The position numbers were made by a program, and so were the translations under genes. 53,315 nt of DNA from Cyanobacteriota bacterium. GTDB taxonomy: Bacteria; Cyanobacteriota; Cyanobacteriia; Cyanobacteriales; Nostocaceae. The first letter of the stretch is position 1. Every line of letters starts with the position of its first letter. This document shows positions 32,851 through 41,717 of the stretch, piece after piece. Under the pieces are notes generated by a model. It was not told the DNA's origin and did no database searches. It worked only from the letters and a program-made list of their open reading frames with translations. The stretch covers positions 1-53,315 of the forward strand of contig JBJOKS010000030.1 in assembly GCA_046045965.1 (NCBI GenBank). Direction: 5' to 3'.

Positions 32851-33005
32851 AATTTCATTTAAACATTTCTATTGCGGCTATTAAATTAAATCAAAATACT
32901 ATTAACCAGCACTGATTGAAATATCAATACTAAACACTAGCCTGTAAATCAGGGACAGTTTAGCATTTAACCAGTGCTGGTATAAGATGCTTATTATTTT
33001 TTAAA

Positions 33006-33051
33006 TGGCTCAGGTCAGAATTGAACTGACGACCCCAGGCTTATGAGTCCC
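33006..33051 (-). tRNA. 3' half of a tRNA(CAT), probably tRNA-Met; displaced att core, not an intact gene
   Basis: Minus strand GGGA-CTCATAA-GCCTG-GGGTC-GTCAG-TTCAATT-CTGAC-CTGAGCC-A gives anticodon loop, T-arm and acceptor 3' strand; no D-arm or 5' acceptor strand upstream. Confidence 0.85.
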
Positions 33052-33100
33052 CTAACAAAGCCAACTATATCAAGAGCTTCAACTTCTGACATCTTATTTT

Positions 33101-33120
33101 ATAGTCAACTAATAGTCAAC
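33101..33120 (+). promoter_or_regulatory. Putative integrase arm-type sites (ATAGTCA x2, 11-bp period)
   Basis: The same doublet occurs at 53268-53285 near the integrase start. Confidence 0.6.
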
Positions 33121-33199
33121 TCCCTTACTCCAAAAGACTTATACACTCCTTTTTGAGATAAACTTGACATCCTAGAATCCCAAGCTTAGGATTGACTCA

Positions 33200-33350
33200 G
33201 GCTATAGTACCCAAGTCAAGTTGAAAACAATGGTTAGTAAACTCTGACTTAACCCGCATCTGTGGTGGAAAGCTTCGCGTTAGTACATCCAGGTGAACTG
33301 AATACCCAACTTACCTGGAGAGAAGTATACAGGTCAACTCTCCTATAGCT
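33200..33350 (+). ncRNA. Putative small structured RNA with two GAA/AGUA loop-E hairpins
   Basis: Closing stem ggctatag/ctatagct; hairpin aagtca-agtt[GAAAACAATGGTTAGTA]aact-c-tgactt; variant gtg[GAA agc ttcgc gtt AGTA]cat. Confidence 0.6.
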
Positions 33351-33484
33351 TTGTGCTGCAATTTGGGTGTTTTAAGGGCTTATAATTTTCTTAATTATAT
33401 TCAAATAAATCTTCTCACAAGAGGCTAGGTGTCTTTCTTGACAACCTAGCTGTGTGTTTGTTATTCCTCTAAAGAAGCTAAATA

Positions 33485-34612
33485 CTAAATAAATAATTTA
33501 ACTAGAGCAAGTATTCCAATTGGGCTCCACGCAAGCTCTCTAGGTGCTTCAGCTATTTTAAGTATTTTATTTAAGATTAAACCTATCACAGCAGTTACAA
33601 AGAACCAACCATTAAATAACATTGTTAGACCCCCTACTGTTAAGAGAATAGTAAGTCTAATTGCAAAGTGAGGTGTGTTGTTGTGGATACTAACATACAT
33701 TTTTACAATATCTTCCCACCATATTAGCAAGATAAAGTTAAAAGCAGATAAGGTAGTTAGTAACCAGAAGCATTCAGCATTACCAAACACTTCCTTTATA
33801 GAAGGTATACTAAAAGCTGCTGCATTACTACTGCGTCCAATAGTTAGTAAGATAGCTAACCCAGTAGCACTAGCAACTGCATCAGCTACAGCATGTCTGC
33901 TAACAGTACAAGAAGCTGATTCATTCTCTTCTTGAAGTAATCTGCATACTGCATTGGTAGGTAGCCCCCATAGGAAACCACTTACTAAGCCAGCCCATAT
34001 TCCTTCTAATCTAAACTCTTTTGGGTCATGATACTCAGCATTCTCAATCTTCTCAGGTTTGTATCTGAACTCATTGATTAAGTTAACTGAGAATAGAGAA
34101 CTAGCTAATACAAATATAGGCTGTTTGATTGGCAGTTCTACAATGAGTAAGGTGAATACTACATAGAATACAAATCCAAGAGTTGCTGCTTTCCAATGTT
34201 TAGAGGCAGAGATTAGTAGCACCCACAATCCTACACCAATACAGACAGAGAGTTGTCTGACTAACTCAATATCTAGGATCTTAGTACCCTGAGTTAAGAT
34301 AGCAAAACCTAAGGCAGCTAACCAGCCAGCTTTTACTAGTTGATAAGAGAACATAGATGAATACATTAACTCATTCTTATTGGTATTTTGAGTAATGTTG
34401 TCATCTAAATCTTCTCTATGTTTAGAATGCAATAAAGATAAGTGTTTTAAAGAGGAGCTTGTAATGTCAACTCCTATTACTAATCCTATTGCAAACCTGG
34501 GTGCAGGTATGAAAGGTGCTAGAAGATAACCTAATCCCATATTGAATCCTGGTATTAGTGAACAAAGGATTCCTAATACTAAGCCAACAATTAAACCAAC
34601 TATTAACTCCAT
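33485..34612 (-). CDS. Multi-pass membrane protein, TctA/DUF112-like permease
   Basis: About 11-12 TM segments; N-terminal GLVLGILCSLIPG and internal repeat AGLVSGFLWGLP resemble the duplicated TctA motif. Confidence 0.6.
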   Translation of the reverse strand: MELIVGLIVGLVLGILCSLIPGFNMGLGYLLAPFIPAPRFAIGLVIGVDITSSSLKHLSLLHSKHREDLDDNITQNTNKNELMYSSMFSYQLVKAGWLAALGFAILTQGTKILDIELVRQLSVCIGVGLWVLLISASKHWKAATLGFVFYVVFTLLIVELPIKQPIFVLASSLFSVNLINEFRYKPEKIENAEYHDPKEFRLEGIWAGLVSGFLWGLPTNAVCRLLQEENESASCTVSRHAVADAVASATGLAILLTIGRSSNAAAFSIPSIKEVFGNAECFWLLTTLSAFNFILLIWWEDIVKMYVSIHNNTPHFAIRLTILLTVGGLTMLFNGWFFVTAVIGLILNKILKIAEAPRELAWSPIGILALVKLFI

Positions 34613-34632
34613 AATAGAAATCCTTTGTTTAT

Positions 34633-35217
34633 TTACTCAACGTCAACTACAACTGGATTACTGAATTCCCCTTCTTGGTAATACCAAGTTTGCTCAATGT
34701 CAGGTTTAACTTTACTAATTACATGTTCAGGAAACTCATAACTAGCTTCACTGGTATGAATAGTAAAGTATTTTTTGCCTCTCATTTTGTCAGTAATATC
34801 TTTGGGTACAGTATGTTTAACTGTTTTGACTTCTGGAACATTGCCAGTTGTGTCAACTACAGTTAAGTCTTCTGTAACTTTGTCAAACAGTAAATTACCA
34901 CTACCTCCAGACTCTACTTCTACTAGAGCTTTAACTCTAGTACCAGGTTTTCTTAACATGAAGTGGTCTCTATGCAAAATGGTAAACTCACATTGGTTAT
35001 TAGAGATAGTGGAATAGTAATTTTTAGCATTCCAGGTGTCTCTTCTAACATCAGTGACTATTCCCTTTACATAACCTCTAGTGTTTGGGGATAGTTCCTC
35101 ACAAGTATTAAGGTTGCCTATGACTACTTTTTTTGAATGTTGTGCTGCTTGGTCTATTGCGAAAAATAAAGGGATAAGCAACCCCACAGAAATTAATAGC
35201 TTTTTTGCTTTAGTCAT
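34633..35217 (-). CDS. Membrane-anchored protein with a probable OB fold
   Basis: Basic N-terminus plus hydrophobic anchor; GYVKGIVTDVR...YSTIS...PGTRVKALVEVE beta pattern. Confidence 0.55.
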   Translation of the reverse strand: MTKAKKLLISVGLLIPLFFAIDQAAQHSKKVVIGNLNTCEELSPNTRGYVKGIVTDVRRDTWNAKNYYSTISNNQCEFTILHRDHFMLRKPGTRVKALVEVESGGSGNLLFDKVTEDLTVVDTTGNVPEVKTVKHTVPKDITDKMRGKKYFTIHTSEASYEFPEHVISKVKPDIEQTWYYQEGEFSNPVVVDVE

Positions 35218-35375
35218 GTATTTGTAAGAACATAAGTCTTTATTTAAGTTTATCTAAATAAATGATACTCTCAGTATTGGTAGATTAAACAATATTAACT
35301 CTAATAAAAACTTATGTGTAATTTTACTAAATCAAAAAAAACTTATAAATTACTTAATCTAATAAATAAACATAC

Positions 35376-37040
35376 CTAACCAGCCCTCAACATTGACAAC
35401 TCAGGAACTTCCTCTACCTGCTCACCCCACAAATCATCACCATAAATATTACTGCTATCTCTCCTCTTCCAAGCATAAGCAGCCAAAGCTAAAGCCATCA
35501 CACAATCAGTAGCTAACCCTTTATCATCCAGTTTATAAAACCTTAGCTCTGTTTTAAGCTGTTTTAACCTATCCTGCTCATCATAAGGAATTATCAGCTT
35601 ACCCTTTTCAACCACCCCAGCAAGGTTAGATAGCATCAAAGTTTTGTGATTATGCTTTTGATTTCTGCCAACCTTCTTGTTAGAGTTAATAGGTGTACAT
35701 AACTCAGCTAAATCAGCAGGTAATTCCTTCTCCAAACTCTCCTTCAAATACTGACCTGCTAATGCAGTAGAGTCATAAAACAGGCTACCTGGGAATTGAT
35801 TTAACCTACGTCTAACCCTCTCTAGCACACCATTCTGGTCAAACAGAGGAGTTTTACTAATCCTTTCAAAAGCAACAATTCTCAACTCCCTATCAATAAA
35901 CTGAAGTGTGATCAGAACTGTACTATCACCATTGGTACTACCAGCCACATCACAACCAGTATAGAACTGTGAACCTGGACCACCTTTAGGTAAGTAGGGG
36001 ATGTCTAAACTAGCACCAGCTTCAGGTAAACAATCTCCTGTAAGTGGGTCATCAAGTGGAAAGAAGCAGCTATGTTTTTCACCTTTTTCAATAGCTAAAT
36101 CTAAATAATTGCCTGCAAAGAAAGTAGAACCATAATTAGCAAATTTACCATAGATTTCTTCCCTGACTTGAGCTTGAGTCATATTCACCATATTTGCCCT
36201 AATTGTTTCTTCAGGGTTACATGGATTATCAAATTGACTGAACTCAGCAATCACTACAGATTTATCCTGTTTAAGCCTTCTATCCTTAAACTCATTCCAC
36301 ATTTTCCTAAAGTAAATAGCACCCTGTCCAGCAGTGTCACCTTCACCTTGAGGAGTAGAAATAAAGTATTTACGTCCACTAACTTCAGTACCCCTAACAT
36401 TTAAAATCTTCATCCTTAAATGTTCTAGGGCATATTCAGAAGCAGCTTCATCTAATGTGGCAATATCTAAATAGAAACCTAAAATAAACCTACCCTTCTG
36501 AACAGTAGCTTGAAACCAGATAATACTATTCAGACAAGTTTCAATATAAGGTTGCTGTCCATCAGCAATGTGTTTAATAAATCCTATACTGTTCAGGAAT
36601 GGACTATCATTAACCAGGTTGATAATTTCATCCTTAACTAACTTGGCTTGCTTTAAACTAGGAGCGCAATTTAAAGATTGAAACCTTTTACTATAGTCAC
36701 CATAGAAAACAGAACTAACAGGTCTTTTTCTATAGAATAGAAACCATAAGTGCATGAGAGCAGTAACAAATGTTTTGCCACTTCTAGAGCCAGCTTTTAG
36801 CACACCTTCCTGAGACTTTACAGCTTGCCTCAACCATTGTCTTTGCTTAGGATGTCCATACACTATATCACCTGTTTCTGGGTGGATTCTTTCAACTTCA
36901 TTGAGGTAATAGTTTACCTTCTCACCAAGGAAATACTTGACAAATAGAACAGGGTCATTAGCACCAGCTATATATTGAATCCTTAATTTCTCTGACTTCA
37001 AAATACCTTCTAAATCAGAAGGAATAGAATGCAAATCCAT
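35376..37040 (-). CDS. terL: Terminase large subunit
   Basis: Walker A AGSRSGKT, Walker B ATLDEAA, motif III ISTP, nuclease GCDVAG...D...DCVMALALA. Confidence 0.92.
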   Translation of the reverse strand: MDLHSIPSDLEGILKSEKLRIQYIAGANDPVLFVKYFLGEKVNYYLNEVERIHPETGDIVYGHPKQRQWLRQAVKSQEGVLKAGSRSGKTFVTALMHLWFLFYRKRPVSSVFYGDYSKRFQSLNCAPSLKQAKLVKDEIINLVNDSPFLNSIGFIKHIADGQQPYIETCLNSIIWFQATVQKGRFILGFYLDIATLDEAASEYALEHLRMKILNVRGTEVSGRKYFISTPQGEGDTAGQGAIYFRKMWNEFKDRRLKQDKSVVIAEFSQFDNPCNPEETIRANMVNMTQAQVREEIYGKFANYGSTFFAGNYLDLAIEKGEKHSCFFPLDDPLTGDCLPEAGASLDIPYLPKGGPGSQFYTGCDVAGSTNGDSTVLITLQFIDRELRIVAFERISKTPLFDQNGVLERVRRRLNQFPGSLFYDSTALAGQYLKESLEKELPADLAELCTPINSNKKVGRNQKHNHKTLMLSNLAGVVEKGKLIIPYDEQDRLKQLKTELRFYKLDDKGLATDCVMALALAAYAWKRRDSSNIYGDDLWGEQVEEVPELSMLRAG

Positions 37041-37783
37041 TAGTCATCATCTCCCAACTCATACTGAATCTCTACATCTGCTGGTTTAAGTTGTAATAAC
37101 TCATCAACTCTAGCTTCAGGATTAGCTGTTAGGTATGCTTTAACTAAATCTTGGATCAACTCTTTGGGTTCTACACTTAACTGTTCATATAAACCTTGAA
37201 GTGTAAGTTCATTTTCATTTTTATCTCTGAGTTCTTTTTTAGTTTTCAAAGTAGCATTAATCTGAGCTTGATGAATCTGGATTATTTTGGAAACATCAGA
37301 GATAGCTTTACTCAAACCATTGATATTATTAGTAATAACTTCTACTTCTCTAACTGATTCTCCATTTAGAGAATTACTCATTTCTACTGCTGCATTGTAC
37401 CTTTCTATTAACTCTGTCTGATGGTCAATAAGCCTACCAATCATAGCATCAGACAACATAATACTGTCTTCTAGTAGACGTTCTTTACTGTAATCAGTAG
37501 CTAATAACTCCTTTCTTTCTTTAGCAGTTAATGATTTAATTGCTCTCATATTTTCTTGTTTAACTAATTTAGAATGTAGACCATGTGTGATTCTTGCTTT
37601 AGCTGCTTTACCTCCATGAGTAGCACAACATTTGTAGCCAAGCATCACATTATTTTTACACTGTGTACCATCTTTTTTAATAACAGGACACCTTTGAGGT
37701 TCAGGTCTTCTACCTGATTTATATCTGTGTTTATAAACTGGACTTTTTTTATAACTTTCACTAGCAATGTGAGGCATTGACAC
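37040..37783 (-). CDS. terS: Terminase small subunit (HGGxSTG-type)
   Basis: RC-x9-C-x9-C-x2-HGG...HGLHSK followed by a helical region; coupled to terL. Confidence 0.75.
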   Translation of the reverse strand: MSMPHIASESYKKSPVYKHRYKSGRRPEPQRCPVIKKDGTQCKNNVMLGYKCCATHGGKAAKARITHGLHSKLVKQENMRAIKSLTAKERKELLATDYSKERLLEDSIMLSDAMIGRLIDHQTELIERYNAAVEMSNSLNGESVREVEVITNNINGLSKAISDVSKIIQIHQAQINATLKTKKELRDKNENELTLQGLYEQLSVEPKELIQDLVKAYLTANPEARVDELLQLKPADVEIQYELGDDD

Positions 37784-37854
37784 TAATAAAAAACTTACAT
37801 ACTAATAGTGTAATTGATAAAATATAGTTATATGTGTACTTTATTTAAAATAGT

Positions 37855-38562
37855 ATGTTAGACAATCAACAAACCAAAGTCACTCCAATCATTGAGACTA
37901 AAAGTTCAGAAGAGCAAATTTATGGTATTTACAACAGGTATTTAAAAACAGGTAATATAAGTTTATTTGAAATTATTATTTTACTTATAGCATTTGGCAG
38001 TTTAGCTTTAACTTGGATTAATCATATCAGGCTAATAAAAACTCCAATTAGCAACGCTATTACTTATCTAACAAATAATCATCTGCATGAGGTTAGGGAA
38101 ATAGAAAATACCTTATCAGAAATGTTAGCAGTAGCTCAATGTCATAGAATAGCAGTAGGCTTATTCCATAATGGTAAATCTGTAGGTAAACATCACTTTA
38201 ATAAAATGAGTGTATTTTATGAAGTAGTAGCTCCTGGTATAACTCCACTAAAAGATGAACTTCAAAATATATCACTTTCTAAAATATATGATGATATAGA
38301 AAGCAGCAGTGGACAAAGTTTTATTAAAGTTTCAGCAGAAGATAAAAGTTTAAAAAGTAGATGTGTAATGCACTTAGACAGTATTGGAGTAAAAGAATTA
38401 TTATCTAGATTATTAGTAGCCCCCAATAAAGGTATCTATGGCATCATCCAACTACACTGGGTTGAAAATACCACAGAGAACATATTAGAAAATCCTGCAA
38501 TGGTAGCTCAATTAAATAAGCTATTTAACAGATTGGTTATTTCAATAGAGGAGAATCAATAA
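37855..38562 (+). CDS. Single-TM protein with GAF-like C-terminal domain (possible T4-T-like holin)
   Basis: One TM at about aa 36-55; RIAVGLFHNG...KMSVFYEVV...QNISLS...GIIQLHW pattern. Confidence 0.5.
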   Translation: MLDNQQTKVTPIIETKSSEEQIYGIYNRYLKTGNISLFEIIILLIAFGSLALTWINHIRLIKTPISNAITYLTNNHLHEVREIENTLSEMLAVAQCHRIAVGLFHNGKSVGKHHFNKMSVFYEVVAPGITPLKDELQNISLSKIYDDIESSSGQSFIKVSAEDKSLKSRCVMHLDSIGVKELLSRLLVAPNKGIYGIIQLHWVENTTENILENPAMVAQLNKLFNRLVISIEENQ

Positions 38563-38564
38563 AT

Positions 38565-39980
38565 TTATGGAGCTATTTCCATTATTACCATATAGTTAGG
38601 AGTAACTGAACTAACAGTTAAACTACCACCACCAGTTTGATTTACTCTAATGCTGTAAAGTCTAGAAGTTGTTGAATCAGCAGTTGTGTAATAAACAACA
38701 GTTACAGGCTCAGGATAAGCATCACTTCTTCTACCAATATTATTTTGATATTGCGTTTTAATTGTACTATCTTGATATACAGCTAAACTATAGTAATGAG
38801 TATTATTACTGGTAGATTTAGTTACACCTCCTATAAATGCTGTTATGTAAATAGTTGAAGTAGCACTTAAAGGAGTTATGTTAGCTTGAATAACAGAAGA
38901 CCAACTTCCATTAGTATTTACAATCCAACCAGGAACAGATGCAGTTACTACTTGTATTACTTTACCTCCTCCACCAGCAGAAGGAGTTTGTGGTTCCCAT
39001 CTGGTATTAGCAGTGTTATAAGTTAATACTTGACCATTTGTAGGGGTTACATTATGTACAGTTCTACTTTGAAGTTGGTTAGCATTCCATTGAGCAGTAG
39101 TGTTTCCTACCTGGGCAGCAGTAACACTATGTGGATTACTTGTATTACCAGTATGTGAAGTTAAATCAGTAGTAGAGGGTACACTAAGATTTGTTCTAGC
39201 AGCAGCAGCAGTAGAAGCTCCTGTACCCCCTTTTCCAATAGAAAGAGTATTTCCTATATTGTTTAAATTTAGACTTGATTCAATTACATCTAAATCAATT
39301 TCAGAATTAGCAGCGTCATCTACAATACTCATTCTGATGCTGGGAACTAACTTTTTAAACTCTAAATCAGTTCCTACTTTTTGTTTAAATACACCTATTC
39401 CTATACCAGTAAGTCCAACATTACTTGCTGTGTTAACTTCACCAGTAGAAGGTAATGTTTGATTAGTCCATTCTCCAGTAGAATTATTATAAATTAATGC
39501 TTGACCATTAGCAGGTGAAGTAATAGTTACATCAGTTAAACTATCTAAATTAGAAGCACCAGCAGAAACAGTATCAAATTCTAAATTAGTGGTAGCAGCA
39601 TTATATTTTAAAACCTTACCATCACCTATAGCAGAATCATCTACATTTATTCCTCTAATTTTATCTGCATTCCATTGAGCAATATTATTACCTACCTGAC
39701 TAGCAGTAACATTGTGAGGATTAGATGTATTTGCAATGTGATTACTAATAGTAGAATCATCTATAGTTGTGCCTTGAGCTATTAAATCCCAATCTAATGC
39801 AGTTGCACTAGGTTCTTCACTTGTAGTTTTGTTAGCTCTGTAACTAGACCCTTCATGAAATACACCTTCATTGCGCCTATAAACACTAGCATTATCCCAA
39901 TCACCTAACCAAATAACAGAGATACCATTAACAGTAGGAATAGGACTAGAAGGAGTGCTTGGATTAATTTCTATAGCCAT
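38565..39980 (-). CDS. Virion fibre / receptor-binding protein
   Basis: Duplicated H..NTSNPH.VTA.QVG...AQWNA blocks, GQ(A/V)L.YN repeats, KGGTGASTAAAARTNL and a C-terminal GKVIQVV domain. Confidence 0.8.
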   Translation of the reverse strand: MAIEINPSTPSSPIPTVNGISVIWLGDWDNASVYRRNEGVFHEGSSYRANKTTSEEPSATALDWDLIAQGTTIDDSTISNHIANTSNPHNVTASQVGNNIAQWNADKIRGINVDDSAIGDGKVLKYNAATTNLEFDTVSAGASNLDSLTDVTITSPANGQALIYNNSTGEWTNQTLPSTGEVNTASNVGLTGIGIGVFKQKVGTDLEFKKLVPSIRMSIVDDAANSEIDLDVIESSLNLNNIGNTLSIGKGGTGASTAAAARTNLSVPSTTDLTSHTGNTSNPHSVTAAQVGNTTAQWNANQLQSRTVHNVTPTNGQVLTYNTANTRWEPQTPSAGGGGKVIQVVTASVPGWIVNTNGSWSSVIQANITPLSATSTIYITAFIGGVTKSTSNNTHYYSLAVYQDSTIKTQYQNNIGRRSDAYPEPVTVVYYTTADSTTSRLYSIRVNQTGGGSLTVSSVTPNYMVIMEIAP

Positions 39981-39981
39981 A

Positions 39982-40989
39982 TTAATACCCCTTTAAAGTT
40001 CCTCTGATAAAGATTTGTGTGTCAGCTTGAGTACCTGTAACTTCTATTTTGATAATATTTGTATTCACCAATGAATAACTTTTCACAATAGTATTATCAG
40101 TAGTCAAAGTACCAACATCTTGCCAAGCAATACCTACTAATTCTTTGAGAATAAAACTGACATTAGCTGTAGCAACAACCTCAATATCTAATCTCTTATA
40201 ATTTTTAACATCAATGAATCCACCTATGTAAGTTTGTACATTTACAATAGTTGGAATACCAAAGGAATCATTATCTAAATCTAACTGGAATAAAGGTACA
40301 GTGTCTTCCAATTCAGTTTGATGATCAACTAGATAAGAAATAGTAAATTGTCCTGCTGAAGTCCATGCACCATTAGTAGCTGACTTTTCAATTAATGCAG
40401 CTTTATCTTCTAATTGATATTGTCTTTCAAGTTGCTTTAACTCAATAGCAGTTAATCTTTTCTGATCACCAATAGTTAAATCTTTTTGTTCTTCCCTAGC
40501 AATTAAAGCTAACTTATCTTCCAAACTGTCCTTACAACAAGTTTTAGAAGCTCCATTAGCAATCAAATCTAAAACATCTGATTGAGTCCAGAATTGAGCA
40601 GCAGTTAATGTACCTAACTTGTGAATAGTAATATAAGCTTTCAGATGTAGAAAATAATCTGTTTGTGCTTTTTCTATTAATTCCCTGTCTCTAGTAATGG
40701 AAGTACCAGAAGCAGAATCATATTTAACTACAGGGTCACTAACAAAGTAATATTTAACCCCAAATCCTATTAAGTTCCAAGCATCAATAAAGTCTGCCTC
40801 TAATGAAGTAATAGCTCCACTAGACACAGTAGAAGTTATATCAGTTAAACCTTTAGCTTGAAGATCAGATATTACAGATAGTGTAAGTAAATTAGCTCTA
40901 TTACTATCAACAATGCTAGTGGTAGTGTCATTTAAAGCAGGGCGTAAATAGTTATTAAAAAAGTCATTCCAACTAATTGATACTGGCAT
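39982..40989 (-). CDS. Putative virion (head-completion/adaptor-like) protein
   Basis: Position after the capsid gene; helical N-terminal half and beta-rich C-terminus; no firm motif. Confidence 0.45.
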   Translation of the reverse strand: MPVSISWNDFFNNYLRPALNDTTTSIVDSNRANLLTLSVISDLQAKGLTDITSTVSSGAITSLEADFIDAWNLIGFGVKYYFVSDPVVKYDSASGTSITRDRELIEKAQTDYFLHLKAYITIHKLGTLTAAQFWTQSDVLDLIANGASKTCCKDSLEDKLALIAREEQKDLTIGDQKRLTAIELKQLERQYQLEDKAALIEKSATNGAWTSAGQFTISYLVDHQTELEDTVPLFQLDLDNDSFGIPTIVNVQTYIGGFIDVKNYKRLDIEVVATANVSFILKELVGIAWQDVGTLTTDNTIVKSYSLVNTNIIKIEVTGTQADTQIFIRGTLKGY

Positions 40990-41007
40990 AATTTTAAATT
41001 CATATTT

Positions 41008-41679
41008 TTAAACTAATCTGTCAGGAAATCTTTTTACATAATTGATAATAGTATTCTTGGGTAGACTTTGAATGCTACTACTAGAGGTGTATTGTTGATA
41101 AGTCAAACTAGAAGCAGTGACTTTAACATTTGCATTATTATTAAAAGCTGGATTAACTGTAAAAGCTTCTGACAAGTTTTGTAAAAATAATCCTGACTCA
41201 TCATATTGATAAAAATCAGCAAGCCCTCCATAAGTTTTAGAAGTACCTATATGAAAGAAGAAACTTTCTTTAAAAGGTTGCTGTCTAGGTCTACCCCATG
41301 AACCAATAGGATAAGTATTAGGATACCAATATTCAGGGTCTATGTGGGTTATTAATGTTTCATTATCAGATAACTCTAACAAGCTAGTTGCAGGTGAACT
41401 TATATTAATACCTGAACCAAATCTGTTAATTATATTAGCAGTGCTGTTGATATATCCTGGAATGAAATAAGCAGCATAAACAGTAGGACTACCATCTAAA
41501 ACACAAGTGGCATTATCTACATTTATAGTTACTCCCCCAGCAGTTTGTAATTCATCTCTGTTAGTTAAAAATGATAACTCTGGAACATAAACTAATCCAG
41601 AAAACTGATTGATAATTGATGCTAATAACAAATCTTTTTCTAGTGATTTGTACCTTTCTAAATCTGCAAACATAATCAT
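41008..41679 (-). CDS. Hypothetical structural-module protein
   Basis: 223-aa ORF co-oriented between the capsid and adaptor-like genes. Confidence 0.55.
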   Translation of the reverse strand: MIMFADLERYKSLEKDLLLASIINQFSGLVYVPELSFLTNRDELQTAGGVTINVDNATCVLDGSPTVYAAYFIPGYINSTANIINRFGSGINISSPATSLLELSDNETLITHIDPEYWYPNTYPIGSWGRPRQQPFKESFFFHIGTSKTYGGLADFYQYDESGLFLQNLSEAFTVNPAFNNNANVKVTASSLTYQQYTSSSSIQSLPKNTIINYVKRFPDRLV

Positions 41680-41703
41680 TTAAGGGGGAATTTCACCCCC
41701 TAA
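41680..41703 (-). terminator. Hairpin immediately after the major capsid gene
   Basis: Minus strand ttagggggtgaaattccccctta; a typical attenuating position after MCP, but with no U-run. Confidence 0.45.
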
Positions 41704-41717
41704 TTTTTAGGAATTAA

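Noticed and set aside
33006..33080. Intact tRNA gene
   Set aside because: The 5' acceptor strand and D-arm are missing; only the att-derived 3' part is present.
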